From: Candidatus Omnitrophota bacterium
GTDB taxonomy: Bacteria; Omnitrophota; Gorgyraeia; Gygaellales; Profunditerraquicolaceae
Direction of reading: 5' to 3'
DNA: 61,698 nucleotides
Assembly (NCBI GenBank): GCA_041661605.1
Contig: JBAZUE010000001.1
Span: 66,786-128,483, forward strand
Shown: positions 36,677 to 47,341 of the stretch, in pieces
How positions within the stretch are numbered: position 1 is the first letter of the stretch
How the letters are laid out: each line of letters starts with the position of its first letter
Translations under genes and position numbers: made by a program
Notes under the pieces: model-generated
Seen by the model: the letters and a program-made list of their open reading frames with translations, nothing else
Told to the model about the DNA's origin: nothing
Databases searched by the model: none

Positions 36677-37959
36677 AAAAAATACAAATAAAAAATTCTC
36701 TTCTCAAGTGGAATAAAGCACAGAAAATTATTCCCTGCGGAACCATGACGATGAGCAAGAGCCCTAAATATTATGTAATGGGGGCAAGCCCGATATATTT
36801 AAAAAAAGGCAAAGGCAGCCATGTCTGGGATGTGGACGGTAATGAATACATAGATTATATCCTGGCTTTAGGCCCTGTGGTTTTGGGATACTGCTATCCC
36901 GCGGTTGACCGGGCGGTGATCAAGCAGCTCAAAGACGGCATAACTTTTAGCTTGATGCATCCTTGTGAAATAGAACTGGCGGAAAAATTGCGCCGCTTGA
37001 TACCTTCGGCGGAATCAGTGCGTTTTTTAAAAACCGGTTCCGAAGCTGCTTCTGCGGCAATAAGGATAGCCAGGGGTTATACTAACCGTTCGATAGTCGC
37101 TGCTTGCGGATACCATGGTTGGCATGATTGGTACATCGGCACTACGGTCAGAAATTTAGGTGTTCCAAAAGAGGTCCAGAGCTTAACAAAGACCTTTAAG
37201 TATAACGATATTGATAGTTTAAAAAAATTGTTTAAGAAATATCCCAACAAGATAGCGGCGGTCATTATGGAGCCGGTTGGGATAGAGGCTCCTCGGAATT
37301 CTTTTTTGCAGCAAGTCAGGAATATAACGCATAAATACGGGGCTGTTTTAATTTTTGATGAGATAATAACCGGATTTCGTTTGAATTTGGGAGGAGCGCA
37401 GGCTTATTTCAATGTAACACCTGATCTTTCCTGTTTTGGTAAGGCCATCGCTAATGGTTTTCCTCTTGCTGCCGTTGTAGGCAGAAAGAAGATTATGAAT
37501 ACTCTTGAGAAAGCTTTTGTTTCTTCCACGTTTGGAGGGGAAGCAGTTTCGATAAAAGCGGCTTTAGCGACTTTAGATGAAATTGAAAAGAAGGATGTGT
37601 GCGGGTATATTTTAAAAAAAGGGGAAGAATTAAAAAGGTCATTTAACAATATCGCCAAAGAACTTAATTTAGATGTGGAAATGGTTGGTCTGCCGCATAA
37701 AACAGCGTGCATATTCAGGGACAGGGAGGGCAAACCTTCTCAATTGTTAAAAAGCCTGTTTCTTCAGGAAGTTATGGCGCAGGGAGTTATTATCGGAAAT
37801 GGGCAATTTATATCTTATTCGCATACTCAGGCTGACTTGGAGAAGACCGTTTCTGCCTGCCGTAATGCTTTAAAGACCTTAAAGTTCGCGCAGGAGAAGA
37901 ATAAGGTTGCGCAGTTATTGCGGGGAAAAGTAAGCGAAGAAGTTTTCAGAAAACCATGA
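36673..37959 (+). CDS. Class III PLP aminotransferase (GSA-aminomutase-like)
   Basis: DVDGNEYIDY, KTGSEA, YHGWHD, FDEIITGFR and FGKAIANG. Confidence 0.88.
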   Translation: MKKIQIKNSLLKWNKAQKIIPCGTMTMSKSPKYYVMGASPIYLKKGKGSHVWDVDGNEYIDYILALGPVVLGYCYPAVDRAVIKQLKDGITFSLMHPCEIELAEKLRRLIPSAESVRFLKTGSEAASAAIRIARGYTNRSIVAACGYHGWHDWYIGTTVRNLGVPKEVQSLTKTFKYNDIDSLKKLFKKYPNKIAAVIMEPVGIEAPRNSFLQQVRNITHKYGAVLIFDEIITGFRLNLGGAQAYFNVTPDLSCFGKAIANGFPLAAVVGRKKIMNTLEKAFVSSTFGGEAVSIKAALATLDEIEKKDVCGYILKKGEELKRSFNNIAKELNLDVEMVGLPHKTACIFRDREGKPSQLLKSLFLQEVMAQGVIIGNGQFISYSHTQADLEKTVSACRNALKTLKFAQEKNKVAQLLRGKVSEEVFRKP

Positions 37960-38732
37960 AAAATAGAATGCTATGCGTTATCCAGGCTAGGACTGGATCT
38001 ACCAGGTTCCCTGAGAAAGTGCTGAAAAAAATAAACGGCGTATCGATGTTGTCGCTGGTAATAAGAAGGGTTGCCTTGTCGCGTTCCTTCGGTAAACCTA
38101 GGATCGTGGTAGCTACTACTAGTAAAGCAGAGGATAAAAGAGTCATCGAGATTGCCAAGGCCGAAGGTGTCGGAGTATTTGCCGGAGAAGAGAAAGATGT
38201 GCTAGAGCGTTATTACCAGGCTGCCAAAAAATATTCGGCGGATATTATATTAAGAATAACATCCGATTGTCCGCTGATAGATCATGAAATAATCGATAAA
38301 GTAACGCAAACGTTTATAAAAACCAAAGGGTTGGATTATTGCAGCAACCGCCTCCAGCCTTCTTATCCGGAAGGGCTGGATACCGAGATATTCCGTTTTT
38401 GCGCTTTGGAGCAAGCCAAGACGCAAACAACCGACCCGTATGACAGGGAGCATGTCACCCCGTATCTTTACCGCAGCGGTAAGTTTAAAACAAAAAATGT
38501 CTTTTTCAAGGAGGACCTTTCTTATCTGCATTTATCGGTTGATGAACAAGCTGATTTTGAATTTGTTAAGGAGGTTTATAGGAAATTACGGGATAAAGAG
38601 TGCGATTTTGTATTAAAAGATATCCTGAACATTTTTATGGAGGATCCTGATATACTTAAGATCAATCAGAGCCAAAAAGCGCGGACAAAATTTAATCAAC
38701 GCGCCTTAAACTATAAGAGGAAAAATAAATGA
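37956..38732 (+). CDS. SpsF-like cytidylyltransferase
   Basis: IQARTGSTRFPEKVL, DVLERY, RITSDCP, REHVTPY and SVDEQAD. Confidence 0.88.
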   Translation: MKNRMLCVIQARTGSTRFPEKVLKKINGVSMLSLVIRRVALSRSFGKPRIVVATTSKAEDKRVIEIAKAEGVGVFAGEEKDVLERYYQAAKKYSADIILRITSDCPLIDHEIIDKVTQTFIKTKGLDYCSNRLQPSYPEGLDTEIFRFCALEQAKTQTTDPYDREHVTPYLYRSGKFKTKNVFFKEDLSYLHLSVDEQADFEFVKEVYRKLRDKECDFVLKDILNIFMEDPDILKINQSQKARTKFNQRALNYKRKNK

Positions 38733-39766
38733 ATAATAAATCGGTGATCGAAAACGATAAAAATAGCAGCCAGTTAAACTTAAAGATAAATCACCATCAG
38801 TTTTCCCTGGATACCCCTGAACGCGAAAGGCTTTGGGAAACCCGCAGAAAATTTTTCGCGGATTATTGTATCAACAGATGGCAGTGGTTTAATTATCCCA
38901 AATGGTTTTATGTAGCGGATTTCCCTCTGCATGTTGATTTTGAAGCAAGTTTCAGGTGTAATTTAAAATGCCCGATGTGTTTTAGGCCGCATATCGCCAG
39001 GAAAGACTGGGCGGATATGCCTTTTGATACCTATAAAAAAGGGATCGATGAATGCGCCAAAAACGGGCTTTATTCAATAAGATTGAACTGGAGAGGGGAA
39101 CCTACCCTTAATCCGAATTTACCCAAGATGGTAAAATACGCCAAAGACCAGGGGGTCAAGGAAGTGTCTTTTATTACCAACGGATGGTTGATCAAAGATG
39201 AGCTGGCGGATGCTTTGGTAGAATCGGGCCTGGATTATATAACTTTTTCGATTGACGCTTTATATAAAAAATATGAAGAGCTGCGTTATCCGATAAAGTT
39301 TGATGAAATAACTAAGATCATAGAGGATCTTTACCGCTTAAAGAATTCTAAAGGCGGCGGATACCCTTTGATCAAAGTTCAGGCGATCTGGTCTTATATG
39401 AAAGATAATTCCGAGGAGTTCTATAAATATTTCGCGCCGATCACCGACCTGGTCTGTTTTGACCCGGAAGCCGACTATTCTATGAGGAATGTCCCGCAGG
39501 ACCCTAATTTTCTTTGCCAATATCCCTGGCAGAGAATTACCGTAACACATACCGGTGAAGTGCCGCTTTGTATCTCCGACTGGGATATCTGCACCAATAT
39601 CGGGGATTTACGGAAACAAACGATTAAAGAAATCTGGCATGGAAAAGCGATGAATGATTTCCGTAAAATGCAATTGGAGCATCAACGGTTAAAAATAGAA
39701 TGCTGCAGGATGTGCCACCGGCCGGAGGTCCCCCAAATAGGAAATAAAATAGCGGGTAAACAGTAA
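38729..39766 (+). CDS. Radical SAM/SPASM domain protein
   Basis: CNLKCPMC, RGEPTL and CQYPW...PLCISDW...CRMC. Confidence 0.88.
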   Translation: MNNKSVIENDKNSSQLNLKINHHQFSLDTPERERLWETRRKFFADYCINRWQWFNYPKWFYVADFPLHVDFEASFRCNLKCPMCFRPHIARKDWADMPFDTYKKGIDECAKNGLYSIRLNWRGEPTLNPNLPKMVKYAKDQGVKEVSFITNGWLIKDELADALVESGLDYITFSIDALYKKYEELRYPIKFDEITKIIEDLYRLKNSKGGGYPLIKVQAIWSYMKDNSEEFYKYFAPITDLVCFDPEADYSMRNVPQDPNFLCQYPWQRITVTHTGEVPLCISDWDICTNIGDLRKQTIKEIWHGKAMNDFRKMQLEHQRLKIECCRMCHRPEVPQIGNKIAGKQ

Positions 39767-39785
39767 CCAAAGGAGAACTTACGTA

Positions 39786-40817
39786 ATGGCTATGTTAAAT
39801 GTTTTACAATTTGATAACGAAAATTTGAAACGCAGGTTGCTTTTTACTTACCGCAGGGGGAAGGGGAGATTCTTAAAATATTTTTTGAACCGGTTCCAAT
39901 GGAACTATTTCGCTAAATATCATATTTTATCTTCCAAGCCGCCCCATATTGATATTGAACCGACATCGATCTGTAATATGAGCTGCCCGATGTGTTTTAC
40001 GAATTTTACCGATGTGAACCGCAACGGTTTTATGGATTTATCACTTTATAAAAAGATCATTGATGACGCCGCGGAATTAGGTATTTTTTCAGTACGCCTA
40101 AGCCACCGCGGTGAGCCGTTATTGCATAAAAATTACCTGGAAATGGTAAGCTACGCCAAGAAAAAGGGGATACCGGAGGTCAGCACGCTGACCAATGGGC
40201 TCTTGCTGGACAAAGAGATGATCCAGGGGTTATTTGATGCCGGCCTGGACTGGCTCAATATCTCGATTGACGGAGTCGGCAGTGCCTATGAAAGTATACG
40301 CCGTCCGGCCAAATTCGCGGATATTGAAGAAAAGGTAAAATTCGCGCATGCCTTAAGAACTCAGCGCAAGATGGTCCGGCCGATAATATGGGTCCAGTCG
40401 ATTTGGTCGGCAGTGGAAAAAAATCCGGCAGAGTATATCAATAAATTCAGCCCTTACGTTGATAAGATCGCTTTTCATGTTGATAACGACTATGCCAATA
40501 AGTTCGAAAAAGAGCCGTCCTGGGTTTGCCACCGGCTATGGCACAGAATGATGATCTTATGGGATGGAAGAGTGCCGCTGTGCAATTCTGATTTTGAATG
40601 CAAAAATCAGATTGGGGATATGCGCAGGCAAACGATCAAAGAAGTTTGGCTGGGTGAGGAAATGCAAAAAGCGCGGGAGCTTAATTTAAAGAAACAAAGG
40701 CTAAAGCTTATCCCTTGCGACGATATCTGTAACTGGGGAAACAAAAGAGTATGGAAAACCGTAGTTATTGACGGCAAAGAACAAAGGATATTGTCCCAGG
40801 TCTTAAAAGATAAATGA
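39786..40817 (+). CDS. Radical SAM/SPASM domain protein
   Basis: CNMSCPMC, RGEPLLH and CHRLW...PLCNSDF...CDDIC. Paralog of the preceding gene. Confidence 0.88.
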   Translation: MAMLNVLQFDNENLKRRLLFTYRRGKGRFLKYFLNRFQWNYFAKYHILSSKPPHIDIEPTSICNMSCPMCFTNFTDVNRNGFMDLSLYKKIIDDAAELGIFSVRLSHRGEPLLHKNYLEMVSYAKKKGIPEVSTLTNGLLLDKEMIQGLFDAGLDWLNISIDGVGSAYESIRRPAKFADIEEKVKFAHALRTQRKMVRPIIWVQSIWSAVEKNPAEYINKFSPYVDKIAFHVDNDYANKFEKEPSWVCHRLWHRMMILWDGRVPLCNSDFECKNQIGDMRRQTIKEVWLGEEMQKARELNLKKQRLKLIPCDDICNWGNKRVWKTVVIDGKEQRILSQVLKDK

Positions 40818-41674
40818 AGTTAAAAACTACTTTTATTGGAAATGAGTCGCCTTTTTTAATCACGGTCATGAGCAATTCCGATTTACACCTGATCGTATGC
40901 GCGCCTCTGGATAAAAAAAGCAAAGCATCTTTCGGCGGAGCATGGGATTTCGCAAAAAACAACAGGATCAAAACCGTTACCCCGGATAAATACCTGAAGC
41001 ACCCGGTTCCTACCGATCTTATTATTGTTTCCGGTTATCATAAATTAATACCCCGCCGGATCATTTTGATGCCCCGGATAGGCATGATAAACATCCATCA
41101 GTCGCTATTGCCGGCTTACCGCGGCAGGCATCCTTTAAATTGGGCGATTATAAACGGCCTGAAATATACCGGCGTTACCATTCATCATGTAAGCGAGAGA
41201 TTTGACGCGGGAAATATTATCCTCCAGAAAAAAGTCAGGATCGGCAAAGATGATGAAATAATGGATTTGTATGCTAAAACGTTAAAGCCGGCAAAACAGT
41301 TATTAGCAAAGATATTCCGGATTACTAACAAACGATCATTTAAGGGGAGGGCGCAGAATAAACGTTTAGCTTCTTATTTCCCTGCCCGGAAGCCGTCGGA
41401 TGGAAAAATAAACTGGAAAGACCCGGCTGTTAATATCAGAAATTTGGCCAGGGCTTTAACCGGCCCTTATCCGGGGGCTTATTTTTATTTAAAAGGGAAA
41501 AGAATTATACTGGAAAAAGCGGAGCTGGTTAAGAAATACCCGTATAAAATCAATGCGGGGGAATTCATTAACGTTAACGGAAGCATTATCGCCGGGACTG
41601 GAAAAGGGGCTTTAAAGATAATAAAGATCAGGGGTAAAGCAATAAAATCCCTTGCCCGGCTTATTAAAAAATGA
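40814..41674 (+). CDS. N10-formyl-THF-dependent formyltransferase (sugar N-formyltransferase-like)
   Basis: INIHQSLLPAYRG, GVTIH, DAGNII, and a C-terminal Fmt-like domain (DGKINW, PYPGA). Confidence 0.8.
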   Translation: MKLKTTFIGNESPFLITVMSNSDLHLIVCAPLDKKSKASFGGAWDFAKNNRIKTVTPDKYLKHPVPTDLIIVSGYHKLIPRRIILMPRIGMINIHQSLLPAYRGRHPLNWAIINGLKYTGVTIHHVSERFDAGNIILQKKVRIGKDDEIMDLYAKTLKPAKQLLAKIFRITNKRSFKGRAQNKRLASYFPARKPSDGKINWKDPAVNIRNLARALTGPYPGAYFYLKGKRIILEKAELVKKYPYKINAGEFINVNGSIIAGTGKGALKIIKIRGKAIKSLARLIKK

Positions 41675-43005
41675 ATCTTTTATTAGCTAATCTACATTGG
41701 AATTACGGCGTTGATCTAAGCCTCAAAAAAATGGGGCATCTTGATTTTTGTACTGGCTTGGCAATAATTGCCGGAGAAATACGGGAAAAAAGGAACGATA
41801 CGCTGTTTGTCTTGGATAATTATGTCCGCGATATATCTGAAGAAGAAATTGATAAATTTATTGAAAAACACCGCATTGATTGTATTCTTCTTTCCATGTA
41901 TTTGGGGAACTTCCAATATAAGTACCTTAAGCGGTTTATCCTGCATGTTATTAAAATTTTTCCGCATATCAAGATAATCATCGGGGGCCCCATGGCTTCT
42001 ACCATACCCGATGTGTTATTGGGTAATATTGTTGCTTCTGATAAACAGATCATTTGCGTAGTGGGGGAAGGTGAATATACCATTATTGATTTATTAAATT
42101 GTATTTCCGCTGAAGGCAGGTTTGCTGATATAAAAGGAATTGTTTATAAAGAAGGCTTAATTATTCATACCGCAGCAAGAGAGCGCATTAAGAATCTTGA
42201 TATCCGGACTAAGCCGGCTTATGAGTTGTTTGATATGGAAAAATATCTTGATTATATTAAAGCTAAAAACCGTTGTTGGGAAATGATCACTAGTAGAGGT
42301 TGTTATGGAAGCTGCACTTTTTGCAAACTTGTTTTTGGACAGGATATTACCATGAGGTCGGCTGCTTCCATAGTTTCCGAGATGGAGGAGTTTTACAAAA
42401 CCTTTGGGATCAACAGGTTTAATTTTGTAGATGATAATTTTTTGAACTCTGAAAATAGGGTGTGGGATTTCTATAATGCGTTAAAGAAAAGCAAAATACA
42501 GTTTAAATGGCGGTTTCAGGGCAGGGCGGACAGATTACATCCGGATTTAGCGAAGGCCTTGATGGATGTTGGTTTATTTGATGTCATGTTGGGGATAGAA
42601 TCCGGTTCACCGGAGATCCTGAAAGAAATGAATAAAAATCTTGATTTGGAAGTGGCAAAAAATTATATTCAAAGATATCCATCAGGACTCGATACACACG
42701 GTACTTTTGTTGTTGGGATGCCCGGTGAATCAGAAAAAACAATTAAACAAACAGAAGAATTCATAAAAGAGTCAGGGCTTAAATACATCACTGCCGGGAT
42801 ATTAACTATTTTCCCTGGAACACATATCTATAGGTACGCAATGAACAAAGGATATATTCCTAACGAGGATATTTATTGCGAAAATTTAGGCCCGATTTAT
42901 GTAAAATCTTATATTAACCTCACTAAATACACGGACGATCAATTATTGCAATGGCGGAAATTGCTTATTTTCTCCGGGAAGGTAGTTGACCATTGGTCTG
43001 TTTAG
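41671..43005 (+). CDS. B12-binding radical SAM protein
   Basis: IIIGGP and GEGEYT cobalamin domain, SRGCYGSCTFC, FVDDNF and GIESGS. Confidence 0.88.
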   Translation: MNLLLANLHWNYGVDLSLKKMGHLDFCTGLAIIAGEIREKRNDTLFVLDNYVRDISEEEIDKFIEKHRIDCILLSMYLGNFQYKYLKRFILHVIKIFPHIKIIIGGPMASTIPDVLLGNIVASDKQIICVVGEGEYTIIDLLNCISAEGRFADIKGIVYKEGLIIHTAARERIKNLDIRTKPAYELFDMEKYLDYIKAKNRCWEMITSRGCYGSCTFCKLVFGQDITMRSAASIVSEMEEFYKTFGINRFNFVDDNFLNSENRVWDFYNALKKSKIQFKWRFQGRADRLHPDLAKALMDVGLFDVMLGIESGSPEILKEMNKNLDLEVAKNYIQRYPSGLDTHGTFVVGMPGESEKTIKQTEEFIKESGLKYITAGILTIFPGTHIYRYAMNKGYIPNEDIYCENLGPIYVKSYINLTKYTDDQLLQWRKLLIFSGKVVDHWSV

Positions 43006-43026
43006 GTATAAAGGAATTTTAAAACT

Positions 43027-44595
43027 ATGAAACCATCGGAAATCATTAACATAATTACATCAATAGAGGATAATTTCCCGGTCGATACCTGGGTAGTCAA
43101 AGGTATCCATGTTTGGCCGTTATTACGCATTGAGCTTAAATCAAAGATCTTTGAGGCGTACCATTTACCTGTATCGCGGAATGTATCTAAAAATTCCGGT
43201 TTTCTTAAGATAAAAAAACTTTTGTTTTTGTGCAAAAACGCGGCTAAATATGGCTGGAATTACCTTTTGGATTACTCGCACAATGACAAGGTAAACCGCC
43301 GCTGTGAAGCTGTTTTTTTATCTTACTCCTTGCACCGTTCATTACTTAATGGGAAATGGTATGATCGTTGTTGTGATCCTCTTATAAGCGCCATGGAGGA
43401 ATTAGGAAAAAAATGTTTTCTTTTTGAGGTAGAAGAAGGATCCCCTGATTATGATTACCGGATTCCCCGCTTTAAGCCTTCTGTTTATATCAAAGGCTAT
43501 ATTGATTATGTCAAAATAAAACAATTTTTTTTAAGGGGTAAATCCCAGTCTAAAGAAGTTAATCTTAAGGGGTTTGCCGAATTTATCGGTTATTTAAAAG
43601 AAAAACAAATAAAGATCAAATACCCGCAGATAAATAATCTTATCTTCCGCGTGTCAGTAATATTAGAGTTGGCAGAGTATTTTATAAAAGCCTTCGGTAT
43701 TCTTAAGCCTCAAGTGGCATTTGTCGCTGATTACTATTCAACCATCGAAAGGTTTGCCTATATTTTGGCTTGCCGAAAAATGGAAATCCCTTGTATTGAT
43801 ATCCAGCATGGGGCTGGATGTGAAGATTATAGTGTTGCCTATGCGCGATGGAAAAAAGTTCCCAAAGAGGGATACGAATTATTGCCAACTATTTTTTGGT
43901 GCTGGGGTAAGAGGGAGGCGGAAGTTATTAGGCAATGGAATAGTAATGTCTCTGATTTCCATTATCCTTTTGTCGGAGGTAATCCTTGGCTTGATCTCTG
44001 GAATAACAAAAGCGGGGAACCCACTAAATCATACAATGAGAAGATTGCAAAGCTAAAGAATAGGATAAATAAGCCGTATTTTATATTATTTACTCTTGAT
44101 TTGTTTTTTGGTATTCCTGATTGGTTCGCTAAAGTAATACAATTATCTTCGGATGAATTCTATTGGTGGATCAGGATACATCCAGCCCAGGTAAGCCAAA
44201 GAAAAAGAATTGAAGATGAACTTAAAAAATATAATCTGACTAACATTGAGCTTGATTATGCTACCAGCCTGCCGCTTCCCGCTTTATTGCAGCATTGCGA
44301 TATTCATGTAACCGGAGTATCCAGCAGTAGTATAGAAGCTTTGTATTTTGGGGTTCCTACTATTGTCACCCATAAGGATGCGCAAGAAACTTATTCTGAG
44401 CTTATTGCTGCGGGGAAAATCTCGCAGGCTTATACTACTGAAGATTTGATGAAGATGATCAGGTCTTTAGCCGTGAATAAAGGGAAAAATACTAAAGATA
44501 GCGATACGGAATTATCGGATTCAACTGCTATAGGCAAGACGCGGGAATTTTTTCAACAAATAAATAAAATTCTTAATAATGGAGGTCAATTTTAA
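43027..44595 (+). CDS. Putative GT-B glycosyltransferase (sialyl/Kdo-transferase-like)
   Basis: IDIQHG, CWG, GNPW, RIHP (HP motif) and SSSSIEALYFGVP. Family assignment is inference. Confidence 0.45.
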   Translation: MKPSEIINIITSIEDNFPVDTWVVKGIHVWPLLRIELKSKIFEAYHLPVSRNVSKNSGFLKIKKLLFLCKNAAKYGWNYLLDYSHNDKVNRRCEAVFLSYSLHRSLLNGKWYDRCCDPLISAMEELGKKCFLFEVEEGSPDYDYRIPRFKPSVYIKGYIDYVKIKQFFLRGKSQSKEVNLKGFAEFIGYLKEKQIKIKYPQINNLIFRVSVILELAEYFIKAFGILKPQVAFVADYYSTIERFAYILACRKMEIPCIDIQHGAGCEDYSVAYARWKKVPKEGYELLPTIFWCWGKREAEVIRQWNSNVSDFHYPFVGGNPWLDLWNNKSGEPTKSYNEKIAKLKNRINKPYFILFTLDLFFGIPDWFAKVIQLSSDEFYWWIRIHPAQVSQRKRIEDELKKYNLTNIELDYATSLPLPALLQHCDIHVTGVSSSSIEALYFGVPTIVTHKDAQETYSELIAAGKISQAYTTEDLMKMIRSLAVNKGKNTKDSDTELSDSTAIGKTREFFQQINKILNNGGQF

Positions 44596-45983
44596 TGAAA
44601 GTTCTGGTTATTAATACTTCGCTTAGGCCTTTTTCGCCGGTGAAGCTTTTTCCTATCGGTTTAGGTTATGTTATGACAGCGATGAAGAGGGTGGGTTTTG
44701 ATTTTGATCTATTGGATATTGACGCTTACCGGTATTCCGACGCTCAGGTAGAAAAGCTGATCAGGAAAAAGGAATACGATGTTATTTGTATGGGGTGTAT
44801 CGTAACAGGCTACAGGATCATTAAATCGTTGGCTGCTTTAATTAAGCTTATTCATCCTAAGTCCAAGATTATTGTCGGCAATTCTGTGGCTACCTCGATC
44901 GTGGATATATTATTAAGTAAGACCGAGACTGATATCGCAGTGATGGGGGAAGGGGATGAGACTATTGTTGAACTGCTAAAAACTATATCTGAAAATGGCA
45001 GGTTGGAGGATGTGCGCGGGATCTGTTTTAAAAAAGACGGTAAAATAATTAAAAATAGCTTGCGGCAAGCGATTAAGGATATTTCGGTACTGCCCAGTAT
45101 TGACCTTTCGATATTCGATATTGAAATATATATTGAAGCGTCCAAATATACGGTGAATGAGCCGCTTCCTGTGCCCCGTGAACAGATCAGGTCTTTACAG
45201 GTCAATACTTCCCGCGGCTGTATCGCAAGCTGCAGTTTTTGCTACCAGGTTTTTAAAGGGTATCCGTATCGTTTTAGGAATGCTGATTCTGTTATTAATG
45301 AGATCAAGAAGCTCATCGAAACCTATGCTATTAATTATATCGTGTTTTCAGATGAACTGACGTTTTTTTCCAAAAAACAACTTTCGGAGTTCCTGGACAA
45401 GATCCTTGCGTCAGGTTTGTCGTTTTATTGGGCAGCCAGTTGCCGGGGTAATCTTTTTACCAATGAAGAAGATATTGAAATAATAAAAAGAATGAAGAAA
45501 TCAGGCTGTGTGAGCATGTCGTATTCCCTAGAATCAGCCGACCCTGATATTTTAAAGATGATGAAAAAGCACGTGGGAAGTGAGCAGTTTTCAAGACAGA
45601 CAAAAATGTTTGCCGCGGCAGGGTTACCCACCGTAACCAGCCTGGTTTTAGGCTACCCTCAGGAAACTCCGGAGACTATCAGGAAAACCATTGATTGCTG
45701 TATTGAGAACAAGCTTTATCCTTCGGTAGGATACCTCCTGCCTCAGCCTGGTTCTGAAATGTACGATTACGCGCTGGAGCACGGAATAATCAAGGACCAG
45801 GAGGAATATTTACTTAAGATGGGGGACAGGCAGGATCTCCTGGTTAATTTTACCAAAATGAGCAATGAGGAGTTCCAATCCCAGGTTTTGACCCAGCTTA
45901 AGCGTTGCAATGAATCACTGCAGATAGGTTTGGATGAGAAGAATCTGATTAAAACTCTTTTCTTAAGGTCAAAGAAAAAATGA
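44595..45983 (+). CDS. B12-binding radical SAM protein
   Basis: PIGLGY, IIVGN, GEGDET, SRGCIASCSFC and LESAD. Confidence 0.88.
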   Translation: MKVLVINTSLRPFSPVKLFPIGLGYVMTAMKRVGFDFDLLDIDAYRYSDAQVEKLIRKKEYDVICMGCIVTGYRIIKSLAALIKLIHPKSKIIVGNSVATSIVDILLSKTETDIAVMGEGDETIVELLKTISENGRLEDVRGICFKKDGKIIKNSLRQAIKDISVLPSIDLSIFDIEIYIEASKYTVNEPLPVPREQIRSLQVNTSRGCIASCSFCYQVFKGYPYRFRNADSVINEIKKLIETYAINYIVFSDELTFFSKKQLSEFLDKILASGLSFYWAASCRGNLFTNEEDIEIIKRMKKSGCVSMSYSLESADPDILKMMKKHVGSEQFSRQTKMFAAAGLPTVTSLVLGYPQETPETIRKTIDCCIENKLYPSVGYLLPQPGSEMYDYALEHGIIKDQEEYLLKMGDRQDLLVNFTKMSNEEFQSQVLTQLKRCNESLQIGLDEKNLIKTLFLRSKKK

Positions 45984-47341
45984 AGCAAATTTTTAGGATA
46001 GCAATGAATTTCAGGCTGTTTAAAAAGAGAATAATAGAACGCCTTTATTTTTCCGCGCTAATAAGGAATTCGAGTATTTATTTAGGTTCGAATCTTATTA
46101 ACTCTGTTATCCCGTTTCTTTTATTGCCTGTTCTTACGCGTTATCTTTCTCCTTCAGATTACGCCATTGTCGCCATGTTCCAGATATTAAGCAGCTTATT
46201 ATTTCCTGTTATTAGCTTGTCTGTACAGGGTGCTGTTACAATAAAATATTTTGATAAAGATAGAATTATTCTCCCCAGGTATATCGGTAATTGCTTGTTT
46301 ATTATATGTTTCAATACGTTAATAATGGGATTTTTGTTTTATTGTTTCGGTTCGTTTATAAGCGGTATCAGCTTATTTCCGCTGACTTGGTTATGGTCGC
46401 CTTTGTTATTTGCTTTTGCCCAGACTTTGGTCATGCTTGTCTTGACTTTATGGATCGTACAATCAAAAGCCATATCGCATACTTTATTTCAAATCCTAAT
46501 GAGTTTCTTAAACGTCATGTTTACTATATTTTTTGTGGTGGCTTTGAAGAAAAATTGGGAAGGCCGCATCGAGGCCCAGCTGATAACTACCGTTATTTTC
46601 GCTTTTCTCAGCCTTATTTATTTGTGTAAAAAGCGCTTAGTAGATTTTACATTCAATTTCGGATACATTAAAAACGCTTTGCGGTATGGCGTGCCTTTAA
46701 TACCCCACGAGATCGGCGGCTTATTAATGATGTATATTGACCGTTTTTTGCTGATGAACATGAAGGGGGCAGCAGATACCGGTGTTTATACGGTTGCCTT
46801 TCAGATTGCCAGCATATTCGGGATTATGGTACATTCTTTTCATAAAGCGTATGTACCCTGGTTGTTTGAGAAAATTAAAACTAATGATTTTCTGGTTAAA
46901 TTAAAGATAGTCAAGTTAACGTATCTTTATTTCGTTGTTGTTTTGATTATGGCGGTAGCGTATTCTTTAATTGCTTCCTGGGCATTGAAATTTATCGTCG
47001 GAAAAAATTTTACGGGAGCCGGCATATACATTATCTGGTTTACAATAGGTTCGGCTTTTATCGGCATGTACTATATGGTAAGCACTTATCTGCTCTTTGC
47101 TGAAAAAACGTACGTGTTGGGGCTGGCGACTTTTTTTATTACCGTGTTAAATTCTATCCTGACCTTTTTTCTTATTAAAGTTAACGGGGTGCTCGGAGCC
47201 GCTCAAAGCGCGTTGATAACGAACCTGTTTTATTTTGCCCTGGTGTGGTTTTTGAGCTCAAAATTTTATAAAATGCCTTGGAGCCTGAAGAATAAACAAA
47301 AAGCATTTCTACAGAATGCCGTTAGGAGCGTTAATGAATAA
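45980..47341 (+). CDS. Wzx-type flippase / oligosaccharide exporter
   Basis: Many TM helices, LLLPVLTRYLSPSDYA, YGVPLIPH, YIDRFLL and GVYTVA. Confidence 0.85.
   Translation: MKQIFRIAMNFRLFKKRIIERLYFSALIRNSSIYLGSNLINSVIPFLLLPVLTRYLSPSDYAIVAMFQILSSLLFPVISLSVQGAVTIKYFDKDRIILPRYIGNCLFIICFNTLIMGFLFYCFGSFISGISLFPLTWLWSPLLFAFAQTLVMLVLTLWIVQSKAISHTLFQILMSFLNVMFTIFFVVALKKNWEGRIEAQLITTVIFAFLSLIYLCKKRLVDFTFNFGYIKNALRYGVPLIPHEIGGLLMMYIDRFLLMNMKGAADTGVYTVAFQIASIFGIMVHSFHKAYVPWLFEKIKTNDFLVKLKIVKLTYLYFVVVLIMAVAYSLIASWALKFIVGKNFTGAGIYIIWFTIGSAFIGMYYMVSTYLLFAEKTYVLGLATFFITVLNSILTFFLIKVNGVLGAAQSALITNLFYFALVWFLSSKFYKMPWSLKNKQKAFLQNAVRSVNE

Noticed and set aside
36673-41674. hemL and fmt housekeeping assignments
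   Set aside because: Folds match, but both genes overlap glycan-pathway neighbours, and the formyltransferase lacks the usual Fmt N-terminal FxGTPxFA motif.
46951-46958. ops/JUMPstart element GGCGGTAG
   Set aside because: It lies inside the wzx coding sequence, lacks the downstream nnTG, and is not in a leader.
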